A DNA stretch of 64,000 bases from Schmidtea nova (lineage: Eukaryota), in the NCBI GenBank assembly GCA_044892505.1, contig CM097882.1:258664001-258728000 (forward strand). The letters run 5' to 3'. This document shows, piece by piece, positions 27,630 to 38,215 of this stretch. The notes under the pieces were generated by a model that was not told the DNA's origin, searched no databases, and saw only the letters and a list, made by a program, of their open reading frames with translations. The position numbers and the translations under genes were made by a program. Numbering within the stretch: position 1 is the stretch's first letter; each line of letters begins with the position of its first letter.

Positions 27630-28510
27630 GCATGATGGTAACTGGTCGTGTGCCAAGTGCATCCATCTATGCACGATTTGGCTTCGTTCTTGAATAGATG
27701 GTGGTAGATACAGATTGGAATGACTGGGTTATGAGAATTGTGGAATTCGGAAGCGCAACCAATGCAGCATTTCTGTGCATGTTTTTTGAATCGGCTGTGG
27801 AAAAAACAAATTAGTGGTGCGCTGCTACTGGGTTGTACGTTCTGTGTGCGTGTAACAGGTGGATGATTATGGCGTTGTGCTTGCTGTAATGGAGGTGTAT
27901 AGTTGGAATACTTTGTGACGTTGCAGGTGTAGTGGTTTTCGGGTGAATGTGTTGCGTTGACAATGGAGGGTGGCGGTGGTGGTGTGTAATTATCAGCGCG
28001 CGGTTTATGGGGTTGGAGTGCATAAATGCGATCAGCTATTTTAGCAAGATGGTACGGGTCTTCAGAGTCTACCAATGCGAGGGAGGTTTGTAGATTATAT
28101 GGAAGAGCGGAGAGAAATTGGTGTTTTAAGAGTTGAATGTTTTTGGACAGATCTGGAATGGCGATGTCGTTGGAGCGGGCAATCTGTGCTAGGAACAGGC
28201 TTGGTTGTTGTCCTGCGTAATTTTGTGGTGCCAAAAGCTTTGTGAGAGCTTGGGTTTGTGATGAGGTGTATTTTGACACTATCAGGGATTTGAGATCATC
28301 ATACGGGTTGTCTGCGTAAAGCGCGTCGGCTATTTTCGGGGCAAGCTCGGCTATCAATTCAGATAGTAGGCTGTCGAGTAGGTAATCGGCGCGTGATTTC
28401 GGAAAGGAAGACGTGCGCGATTCGAAAATGCGGAACCACGACGAGGGTGTGCCGTCGGGATCCAAAAAGAACAAAATTGGGCGTGAAGTGGTTGAATATA
28501 AGCGGTTCTA
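27620..28510 (-). CDS. gag: Gag (P..WF / PY..LK / PS..L type) with duplicated Cys/His motif
   Basis: TPSSWFRIFES, NPYDDLKSLIV, QQPSLFL; CFFH-x9-C-x3-C and CIYH-x9-C-x3-C. No ATG in this frame at the 5' end. Confidence 0.9.
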
Positions 28511-29720
28511 TAGTGGGTCGGACGCCTCCTAAAACGCGGAAATGAATTTCAATGATAACATTAGGTGGAATGTCGGTGAGTGACGAAACTGGGAAACCAT
28601 TGCACGTCATGTAAAATTCTTTCCTATTAATCAGATGAGAGGTGGCGATATCAGTGCGCAAATCCGTGAAAATGGGGATTTGGCGTGTTTTGTGGTTGAA
28701 ACGCGTTAGGACATATGTTGGGGAAGTGGCGAAGGAATCTTTGTTGGACATGGTGGGTTGAGAGGGGTTATTAGCATAGATTTTATTGGGAGAGTAAAGA
28801 AATTGTGCGGCATAAAAGTTTATAATTATAATAGGTATTATATATAATGTTAAGCAATTTAAGATGAATGTATATAATAATAAATAATTAATCAATAGTA
28901 TAAATTTAAAATACGACTCGCCGTGTGGATGTTGCAATTTGATTACTGCTGTTTCTGTGATCACATTTATCATGGAATAATTGTTATTGTTTGCAATTGT
29001 GCTGCTCATTAATTGACACGCGCTTGATGAGGAATTGTTCTCGTTGTTCTCATTATTATCACCGCATTTCATAGCATTTTCACTGCTGTTATTATTGTTA
29101 TTGAATTCATTCGTAGTTTCACTGCAACTGCTCTGTTGATTCACTGCTACTGCCGCTTGATATAGAGATTTAGTTGTTGTCTCAATTATAATTTTCATAG
29201 AATTGTTGGAATCGCAACCAGCATTCAATACAACATTGATTGTTGGACTGGTTGATGAAGACGTCATTCGAGATTCTAATAGTTGCTGTTTTGTAACTAG
29301 TCCTGTTTGACTGTTATCAGGAGGATTTCTGACACCATTTTTAGTAGCTGCAAAAACAATTAATAAGACGAAAAAAAATACATTCAATAAAACAAATTGT
29401 TCTTTCTTAGCTGCAGATATATCATCAGCTTTCACCGTTGAATTAATCTTCTTATGCTTCATGAAATAACTGTCTTTAATGCGCTCTGGAATATCAATGG
29501 TAGAAATATCTATCTTTGTGCTTGTAGTAATAACTGGGGTGATTGATTGTCTCATTCGCCTCTTGTGCTCACTGAATTCTTTCGTACGATTTGAGTTCTT
29601 TTTAATTGCAACATTCGATTGGTAACTTTGTGGTTTGCGTTGGGTTTTAATTTGTGCAGCTTCCATTTTTTGTAAATTGCTTCTTGCTTGTTGTTTTTTG
29701 AAAAAGGCATAAAGTGCCAT
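28359..29720 (-). CDS. 453-codon ORF1 starting in the 5' LTR: basic region, TM1, Asn/Ser-rich loop, TM2, ubiquitin-like domain; probably continuous with Gag in the intact family
   Basis: Open across the LTR, PBS and the whole leader in AT-rich DNA; AAAATGG start context; TATA-like TATATAAAA about 40 nt upstream. Confidence 0.7.
   Translation of the reverse strand: MALYAFFKKQQARSNLQKMEAAQIKTQRKPQSYQSNVAIKKNSNRTKEFSEHKRRMRQSITPVITTSTKIDISTIDIPERIKDSYFMKHKKINSTVKADDISAAKKEQFVLLNVFFFVLLIVFAATKNGVRNPPDNSQTGLVTKQQLLESRMTSSSTSPTINVVLNAGCDSNNSMKIIIETTTKSLYQAAVAVNQQSSCSETTNEFNNNNNSSENAMKCGDNNENNENNSSSSACQLMSSTIANNNNYSMINVITETAVIKLQHPHGESYFKFILLINYLLLYTFILNCLTLYIIPIIIINFYAAQFLYSPNKIYANNPSQPTMSNKDSFATSPTYVLTRFNHKTRQIPIFTDLRTDIATSHLINRKEFYMTCNGFPVSSLTDIPPNVIIEIHFRVLGGVRPTIEPLIFNHFTPNFVLFGSRRHTLVVVPHFRIAHVFLSEITRRLPTRQPTI
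28524..28751 (-). CDS. 76-aa ubiquitin-like domain ending RVLGG
   Basis: MSNKD...EFYMTCNGFPVSSLTDIPPNVIIEIHFRVLGG; exactly 76 residues from Met to GG. Confidence 0.7.
29327..29337 (-). promoter_or_regulatory. Primer-binding site TGGTGTCAGAA, complementary to a tRNA-Leu-type 3' end
   Basis: Lies 2 nt after the 5' LTR. The tRNA identity is from recall of the tRNA-Leu acceptor end (...UUCUGACACCA). Confidence 0.8.
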
Positions 29721-29846
29721 TTTTTTGTGATTTAAAACAAATTGATTTTTTTTATATAAATAAATTGATAATTGATTTTAATATATAAATAATATGACAT
29801 TTAATTAAATAATATAATAACATATAATTATAACGGAGGCACTACA
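29340..29846 (-). repeat. 5' LTR (TGTAGT...ACTAAA)
   Basis: Direct repeat of 23533-24039, adjacent to the TSD and PBS. Confidence 0.95.
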
Positions 29847-29907
29847 CTATCCTGTTAAGCTATTTATATTTTGTGTCCTTGTTGTATCCTTCACAATGAC
29901 TTAGTTT

Positions 29908-29909
<2 letters not shown>

Positions 29910-29981
<72 letters not shown>
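29910..29981. repeat. (TA)n microsatellite
   Basis: Direct observation. Confidence 0.95.
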
Positions 29982-29984
<3 letters not shown>

Positions 29985-30204
29985 TTTATTTATATTTTAA
30001 ATAATTTTAGATGTATAACTTATATANNNNNNNNNNNNNNNNNNNNNNNNNNNNNNNNNNNNNNNNNNNNNNNNNNNNNNNNNNNNNNNNNNNNNNNNNN
30101 NNNNNNNNNNNNNNNNNNNNNNNNNNNNNNNNNNNNNNNNNNNNNNNNNNNNNNNNNNNNNNNNNNNNNTATAAACAGTTATTTGAATAATGGAAAAAAA
30201 TGGC

Positions 30205-31140
30205 AGAAGATGGATTTAGATAAATCCAAGCAGCACCAAGTATATAATCAGAAGATGAATTTAGATAAATCCAAGCAGCACCAAGTATATAATCAGAAGA
30301 TAATTTAGATATATCCAAGCAGCACCAAGTATATAATCAGAAGATAATTTAGATAAATCTAAGCAGCACCAAGTATATAATCAGAAGATGAATTTAGATA
30401 AATCCAAGCAGCACCAAGTATATAATCAGAAGATAATTTAGATATATCCAAGCAGCACCAAGTATATAATCAGAAGATAATTTAGATAAATCTAAGCAGC
30501 ACCAAGTATATAATCAGAAGATGAATTTAGATAAATCCAAGCAGCACCAAGTATATAATCAGAAGATAATTTAGATATATCCAAGCAGCACCAAGTATAT
30601 AATCAGAAGATAAATTTAGATAAATCCAAGCAGCACCAAGTATATAAACAGAAGATAAATTTAGATAAATCCAAGCAGCACCAAGTATATAAACAGAAGA
30701 TAAATTTAGATAAATCCAAGCAGCACCAAGTATATAATCAGAAGATGAATTTAGATAAATCCAAGCAGCACCAAGTATATAATCAGAAGATAATTTAGAT
30801 ATATCCAAGCAGCACCAAGTATATAATCAGAAGATAATTTAGATAAATCCAAGCAGCACCAAGTATATAATCAGAAGATGAATTTAGATAAATCCAAGCA
30901 GCACCAAGTATATAATCAGAAGATAATTTAGATATATCCAAGCAGCACCAAGTATATAATCAGAAGATAAATTTAGATAAATCCAAGCAGCACCAAGTAT
31001 ATAAACAGAAGATAAATTTAGATAAATCCAAGCAGCACCAAGTATATAAACAGAAGATGAATTTAGATAAATCCAAGCAGCACCAAATATATAAACAGAA
31101 GATAAATTTAGATAAATGCAAGCAGCACCAAGTATATAAA
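30205..31140. repeat. Satellite, 44/45-bp unit AATCAGAAGATGAATTTAGATAAATCCAAGCAGCACCAAGTATAT, about 21 copies
   Basis: Direct periodicity with recurring variant order. Confidence 0.95.
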
Positions 31141-31749
31141 AAGATCTCGCAAGAGAAGATGGAGCTCAAAAATGTTAATAAAATGCAGCCTCCAGCAACA
31201 ACCCTTTATATTTTTAATAAAAATCTTTGGCTGTTTATGTTTATTTATTCAGTCACGATAATGGTTTCCCTATTTCATTACTTCTGCTCTGAAATTTAAT
31301 TCATTCCTTACTTTTTCACTTTGCTAACCGGCACAGAACTAATTTATGTAGATATCATACCACAAACCTGACCTTACGTCAAAAGCATTTTGGTTTGGGA
31401 TCTTTCTGCTATTAGTTCCTTTTTCCAACCATATGTTGTTAAGGTAAATTGTAACAAAAATTACGTAGGATATAGAAAAATTTATGCATGTCAAGGTTGT
31501 CCAAGTAAAATTTATGTAAATCAAATTAAATATTTTCAAAAAAGTAGACTATATGTTGTCATGGTAAAGTTTATGTAAGTCAAAAATTTTTTATATGAAA
31601 TAAAGTAGGTCATATTTTAAAAATTAAATAGTTTACTTTACGGTCATCTTACGGTCAAATAAGTAGGTCATTTATTTAAACAAAAAAGGTTACATATAGA
31701 TCAAATAAATAATTAATAAGGTTAATTACATTAAAAACAAACGCCAATA

Positions 31750-32472
31750 GTCAATATATTTCGAGAACTTAATTCTCTTCATCAGGTGCTACACAATCTT
31801 ACATTCAAATATAAATCAAATAAATAGATTATTCAAACTAATTAGTATTAATTTTTAAAATAAAATATATATTTTAAATTCTATATTATAGTCAAAAAAA
31901 TTAAATCGATTAAAATTTTTTAATTTAAAAATATTTTTCTTAAAAATATAATATTCTTTTATTTGTATACAAAAAAATATTTTTTTAAAGAATATATTAT
32001 AAATATTTCCATATTTATAAACAACTGAATGATTGAAAACAAAATCCATAATCCCCAATTGAAAATGCTCTAAAACTTGAGTACAGAAGTCCAAAGTATG
32101 TGGCATTACGCCCATGACATTTGAAAAATTAAACGAGTATAGAACACAAATCAGAAGAAGAAAATAAACATCATAAACAACCACATCAGTTAATTTACTT
32201 AAACGACAAAAAATGAGGCAAACACATCGACTCAAAAGTCTCACACTCACATATTCACAAACATCGATATGACTGAAAACAACGCTAAATCCCATTAATT
32301 GACTCACCTCTGAAACTCGAATACAGAGAAGACAGGCAGTCTTTTCCAATGTATGTGGCATGTATGTGTATGTGTTTCCAATTTTAATCGATTTAAATTT
32401 TTTGACTATAATATAGAATTTAAAATATATATTTTATACAGGGTTATTCCAAAATATATATAATTTATTCCG

Positions 32473-32514
<42 letters not shown>

Positions 32515-34050
32515 TTCCAAAACATATATAAATTATTCCAGAATATATATACGAAATACGTTTTTAGTGAATATACAATACCCGTCCTCCGCTATCGTAT
32601 AAATCAGTTATTGTTAATTTATATATCAATTTATATTTTAAATTTCTTAAACCATATGGAAAAGCAACAGAATCTTAATACTCGTGAAAGGCGTGAAGAT
32701 ACAGTACCAACAGGTCCCGTGCGGAAGAAAAGAATCAACGTCTCAGTTGATATGATTAAATATTTTAAAAATATGGTCACAAAAGCTACACCAATCAAAG
32801 AAATTGCATCAACACTTGGAATTTCAATACAGTGCGTTTACAAAATGATGAGAAAGCACAAAGAATGCGTTGAAGAAAATATTCCAATGAAAGAAACAAT
32901 TAAGAAATGTGGACGTAAAAGAAAAGACGAATTGAGTGTTATCGAATCTAAAGTCCTTGAAATCATACAAAATGACTATAGTCTTACACAGAGAGGAGTG
33001 GTAGATAAATTAAGACAAATTAATATCAAATGCAGTTAATCGAATGTAAGTAAGATTTTTAAACGAACGAATATAACGAGGAAGCGACTTAAACGAAAAT
33101 CTTTAAAAACTGTAAGTGCTGAAGTTATCAACGCAAGAAAAATTTATGCCAGAGAAATGAAAATGATTAATAATTCGAGATTATTGTTTTTGGATGAAAG
33201 TGGATTTAATCTCCATACTACCAACAACTATGGATATTCGCCGAAGAACATTGATGCAATCAAGCTCGTACCAACAAACAGAGGCAGAAACATTTCACTT
33301 ATTTCAATTGTGTCATATAGTGGAATCTTAAAATACAAATCGTTGGATTGTGCTTTTAACAGTGTTGAGTTGATCGCATTCCTTGCCGAAGCAAAAACTC
33401 AAGAGTGTTTTTCCCAATTGTGTATTAGTATTGGACAATGTCAAATTTCATTATTCCCCTGGCGTAATACAATGGCTGAATGAGAACGAGGTTGATTACA
33501 AGTTTCTTCCCCCTTATAGTCCCGAACTCAATCCTATAGAGGAGGTATTTTCTGTAATTAAGGCGAGATATCATACTCTGAGGCCCCTACCTCGTAATTC
33601 CAACGACGTGAAATTTAATATTGCGAATGTTATTGAAAATATAAACGGTGATAATACTTTGATCTTTGAACACTTTTATGAAGATATGCGCAGATATCTT
33701 GACTTGTCATTACGTGGAGAGCAGTTTTGAAGCAATATTATGGAAATAAACCCATATTGAAAATAAGTTATATGTAGTAGTTCGAATTTTTGGTTAGTGT
33801 AAAATTCTATATATATTCTGGAATTTTTATATATATTCTGGAATATTTTATATATATTTTGGAATAAATTATATATGTTTTATAAATTATATAAATTATA
33901 TAAATTATAAATTATATAAATTATATATATTTCGGAATAATTTATATATATTTTGGAATAACCCTGTATTAAAAATTAATACTAATTTGTTTGAATAATC
34001 GATTTATATTTGAATGTAAGATTGGGTAGCACCTGATGAAGAGAATTAAG
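31750..34050. mobile_element. Penelope-like relic: inverted ~170-bp arms with a CTGATGA hammerhead core flanking GIY-YIG remnants; right arm split by the IS630-like element
   Basis: 31770-31915 is the reverse complement of 32380-32438 joined to 33967-34050. Minus strand 32060-32365 gives ATYIGK...RVSE...VFSHIDVC (frameshifted). Confidence 0.65.
32439..33966 (+). mobile_element. IS630-like/Tc1-superfamily DD34E transposon (1528 bp), transposase disrupted
   Basis: TA-CAGGGTTATTCCAAAATATAT ... ATATTTTGGAATAACCCTG-TA. ORF pieces 32611-33730 have an HTH, FLDESGFNL, VLVLDNVKFH, FLPPYSPELNPIEE. Confidence 0.9.
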
Positions 34051-34129
34051 TGGATTTGCGTTTTTTTTAAATTATTTTATTCCCATGCTTGTTGTGTTAT
34101 GTATTAAAGAAAAATAATAATCCGTCAGT

Positions 34130-34446
34130 TGTTCCGGTATTCTTTGAAAGTTTGTCTAGAAAAAAGTTTGTATTTAATTTTTATAGTTCTAAATGTATAG
34201 AGTTTTATATTGTCAAATTAGTATTTCGATTTAATGATGAGGTTTACACTCGTGCTGATTCCTTCTCTTATTCTATTGTTTATGAAATAATTGATGTGAT
34301 TGTTGGCGATTCTAAGTTTTCTGTATTGTTCTTTGCTCTGTTCTCGTTTATATTTTCGAACGTCATGGGTGAAATGCACACTTGATAAAGGCTGTGCTGA
34401 AATATTGTGTTATTGTTTATAAAAAAATTTTAATCTATAGTCATCA
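34130..34446. mobile_element. Penelope-like pseudo-LTR fragment with hammerhead (core 34382-34406, plus strand)
   Basis: CACAC-TTGATAA-A-GGC TGT GCT-GAAA-TATT-GTGT; same tail as 58220-58290. Confidence 0.75.
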
Positions 34447-35028
34447 NNNNNNNNNNNNNNNNNNNNNNNNNNNNNNNNNNNNNNNNNNNNNNNNNNNNNN
34501 NNNNNNNNNNNNNNNNNNNNNNNNNNNNNNNNNNNNNNNNNNNNNNNNNNNNNNNNNNNNNNNNNNNNNNNNNNNNNNNNNNNNNNNNNNNNNNNNNNNN
34601 NNNNNNNNNNNNNNNNNNNNNNNNNNNNNNNNNNNNNNNNNNNNNNNNNNNNNNNNNNNNNNNNNNNNNNNNNNNNNTTGTTTGCAAACTTTGGCTATTT
34701 CTTTGTGCGAGTCTGTGTGCGCATATTTTCTTCCATTGCGATATCGTAATCGCGTTCTGTGGAATTGGTGGTATTATTAAATTGATGGATTTTTGTGGAC
34801 TTAAAATCGGTTTGTGGATTATTTTCGGATTGTTTTAATAATCCGATTGAATTGGACTTTATGGGGGAATTTTAAATTGAATTTAATTTTGATTTCCTGA
34901 GTTTGGACATATTTGAATTTATTAGGAATTGATGTTTTTAGAAATTAATTAGGTACCATAATAAGCAAATGGAAAGTGATTTATTGAAATTTAAAAATTG
35001 CAAAGTATTCGAGTTTGAGAATTAAAAA

Positions 35029-35620
35029 ATGTCGATGTTGTCAAAATATTCCAAATTGATTTCCAAAGAGTCGTTTCTACTATTCTGTTTGATGATAAGA
35101 ACATCTTTGAGCATTTACGAAACAGGTTTAGATGGTAGGATTGTCCGATCTATTGTTCAAAGAGATGTTCAAAAGGTTATGATTCAATTACTGAAATTTC
35201 TATTGATTGCTCGTCCTGCTACGTTTGTCAATAGTTTTATTAGATTTCTAAAAAAGAGATCATCGATATGCTTCAGAACTAGGCTTGTGGAATATTCTTA
35301 TGAACTTTATTTCAAGCATCAAACCTATTATCGCGTGGAAAACATTGATTATCGAATTAAAAGGGTTGACCAAAGTCTCACAGAAGATATCTCGGTATTT
35401 TCATCATCATTAGCTCATTTATATTCTCAATTAACGAAACCATTTCTGGATCTATGCTTATTGTCATTTTCATTGTATGAACTTGCTCGAAATCGTGGAA
35501 CTAGTAGAAGAATTCGGTGTATTGTTGCTTCTGGAGTTGTTATCTCAACTGGAGAATTACTGCGATTTGACGATTGTCCCGGAATCCTCTCGAAAGTCCA
35601 TTTGAATGTTGTTTATTTAG
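35029..35620 (+). pseudogene. ABCD: Intronless, internally deleted ABCD1/2-like peroxisomal ABC transporter fragment
   Basis: RTSLSIY..GLDGRIVRSIV, PATFVNS.IRFL, FRTRLV, QTYYRV, DQSLTEDI..FS.SLAHLYS.LTKP.LD. After the TM region it jumps to ILSKVHL, which looks like a late NBD segment. Confidence 0.85.
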
Positions 35621-36144
35621 TTACGGAAATGAATAAAAATTATTATTTNNNNNNNNNNNNNNNNNNNNNNNNNNNNNNNNNNNNNNNNNNNNNNNNNNNN
35701 NNNNNNNNNNNNNNNNNNNNNNNNNNNNNNNNNNNNNNNNNNNNNNNNNNNNNNNNNNNNNNNNNNNNNNNNNNNNNNNNNNNNNNNNNNNNNNNNNNNN
35801 NNNNNNNNNNNNNNNNNNNNNTGATGAGCCATGTGTGCGCAATAATATCATTTTTTACTCGCGTCCGTGTGCGCATGATTTGTCTTTTGTAGCGTCTGTG
35901 TGCGCACTCGATGCTTTTTCTAGCTTACGTCTGTGTGCGCAGTTCAGCAGGATTTAATTGTTTTTTAACAATGGAATTTCTGAATTTTCAGAGTTATATA
36001 TTGTTTGATAGTATGAATTTGGATTTTTGTTGTTTTGATTTGGTGAGAATTTTTGAACATTTTGCTTTTTTCACATTAAGATTTTGAATTTAAATAAACG
36101 TTTGAAGAATTGAATTGTTTTTTCGCTCTTCCGTGTACAATAAA

Positions 36145-36382
36145 ATGATTGAAGACAATTTAGCTTCAAAATTGATGACTTCAGAATTTATCTTATTACA
36201 TTTCAATGATGTCTACAACGTCGAAGGTTATCCTAATGAACCGAAAACCAGTGTGGCTCGGTTTTCTATTGCTCTTCGAGAATCTCAAAAGAATTGTGAA
36301 TCATTAACGCTGTTCAATGGTGATTTTTAAAACCCGTCCATAATTAGTACAATGATTCATGGAGATCATGTGCAAGAAAGTT
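36145..36382 (+). pseudogene. 5'-nucleotidase/metallophosphoesterase pseudogene, left part
   Basis: ILLHFNDVYNVE, ARF, LFNGDF*NPSIIST..HGDHV; in-frame TAA at 36328-36330. Confidence 0.85.
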
Positions 36383-36929
36383 AGTAGAGTAGGGGGAGCG
36401 CCCAAGAACAGGAACAGACCCCCCTCCCCCCTAATTTTTTTTACCCCCCCCCCAAAAAATTTTTTTTTAATTTTTAATTTTGTTTGAATGAAGTGAATTT
36501 TTAAATTTTAATTTTTTGTTTAAATGAAGTCAATTTAATTTTATTATTTTNNNNNNNNNNNNNNNNNNNNNNNNNNNNNNNNNNNNNNNNNNNNNNNNNN
36601 NNNNNNNNNNNNNNNNNNNNNNNNNNNNNNNNNNNNNNNNNNNNNNNNNNNNNNNNNNNNNNNNNNNNNNNNNNNNNNNNNNNNNNNNNNNNNNNNNNNN
36701 NNNNNNNNNNNNNNNNNNNNNNNNNNNNNNNNNNNNNNNNNNNNNNNNNNNNNNNNNNNNNNNNNNNNNNNNNNNNNNNNNNNNNNNNNNNNNNNNNNNN
36801 NNNNNNNNNNNNNNNNNNNNNNNNNNNNNNNNNNNNNNNNNNNNNNNNNNNNNNNNNNNNNNNNNNNATTTATATTAATTATTAATTTTAATTTATTTAT
36901 TTTTAATTTATCATTTTTTGTAAAGGATT

Positions 36930-37800
36930 TTTACTCTGGCTGTTTTGAATAGGAATTTCTACTCCGAGATTTTCTAGAGCAAAAATGGACTCTGGGGTTT
37001 TTGTACAAGAATTTTTGATCTGGATTTTTGAATACAATATATTTGTATAAGATTTTTAGTCCTATTATTTTGTATAGGATTTTCAACTCCGAGATTTTCT
37101 CGGGCAAAAAGGGACTCTGAGTTTTTTGTACATGGAATTTTTATACATGAATTTTTGGTCTGGTATTTTTTGTATAGGATTTTTAGTCCTATTATTTTGA
37201 ATAGGATTTTCAACTCCCATATTTTTCTCAGGCAAAAAGGGACTCTGATAATTTTGAACTGAAATTTTAATGGTAAATAATAAACACGTGTAAATTTTTT
37301 TTTTTAACAAGTAAATTATCATTAAAGTATTTTGTATAGGATTTTCTACTCCGAGATTTTTCTCGGGCAAAAATAGACTCTGGTAATTTTGAACTGAAAT
37401 TTTAATGGTAAATAAAAAACACGTGTAAATTTTTTAAATAAGTAAATTATCATTAAAGTATTTTGTATATGATTTTCTACTCCCAGATATTTTCTAGGGC
37501 AAAAAATAGACTCTGGTAATTTTGAACTGAAATTTTATTGGTAAATAAAAAACACGTGTAAATTTTAAAACTAGTAAAATAGTTAGAAATTATTTTGAAT
37601 AGGATTTTCAACTCCGAGATTTTTATCGGGCAAAAAGGGACTCTGGGTTTTTTGAACATGAATTTTTGATCTAGATTTTTGAATACAATATTTTGATCTG
37701 ATATTTTGTAGTGTTTTTAGTCTGGTTATTTTGTATATGATTTTCTACTCCGAGATTTTTCTCAGGCAAAAAGGGACTCTGGTAATTTTGAATATGATTT
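36930..37800. repeat. Modular CAGAGTCCCTTTTTGCC-type repeat block, mirrored and longer at 47400-48730
   Basis: Recurring GGGACTCTG / CTCCGAGATTTT motifs. Confidence 0.85.
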
Positions 37801-37854
37801 TTGATCTTGATTTTGATTTTGAAATAATATTTTGGTCGGAGAAAATTAAAAAGT

Positions 37855-38215
37855 GGTCAGAATCAAATAATTTTTATACCAATCTACTGAGAATCGAATG
37901 GCGAACAAAAAAGGTTCAAAAAGTATAAACATGAAAATTTTGACTTTTCCGACCCAAATTTTACACGTAAAAATGGTCAACTCGGGGAAATTACAAAAAT
38001 CAAAAATGCTCAGAATCAAATAATTTTTATACCAATCTACTGAGAATCGAATGGCGAACAAAAAAGGTTCAAAAAGTAAAAACATGAAAATTTTGACTTT
38101 TCCGACCCAATTTTTACACGTAAAAAGGGTCAACTCGGGGAAATTCCAAAAATCAAAAATGCACAGAATCAAATAATTTTTATACCAATCTACTGAGAAT
38201 TGAAAGGCAAACAAT
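37855..38215. repeat. 153-bp tandem unit; core motif occurs 3 times here and 4 times at 46860-47370
   Basis: GAATCAAATAATTTTTATACCAATCTACTGAGAAT at 37860, 38013, 38166. Confidence 0.9.

Larger units (their letters stand above)
23533..29846 (-). mobile_element. Full-length young Ty3/gypsy LTR retrotransposon (6314 bp)
   Basis: Two 507-bp LTRs; 5-bp TSD CTATC (23528-23532 and 29847-29851); PBS, PPT, gag, then PR-RT-RH-IN order. Confidence 0.97.

Noticed and set aside
24021-27697. Plus-strand and alternative-frame ORFs overlapping gypsy pol (and antisense ORFs of the mariners)
   Set aside because: Shadows of the coding strand with no independent motifs.
30205-31140. Possible CRISPR array, or ORFs with GAAWIY repeats
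   Set aside because: Units abut with no unique spacers, there are no cas genes and the context is eukaryotic; the ORFs are by-products of the 45-bp period.
36328-36330. In-frame TAA as a sign of an alternative genetic code
   Set aside because: PDE4 exons have no internal stops and the gypsy gag ends at TAA; this is an ordinary nonsense mutation in a pseudogene.
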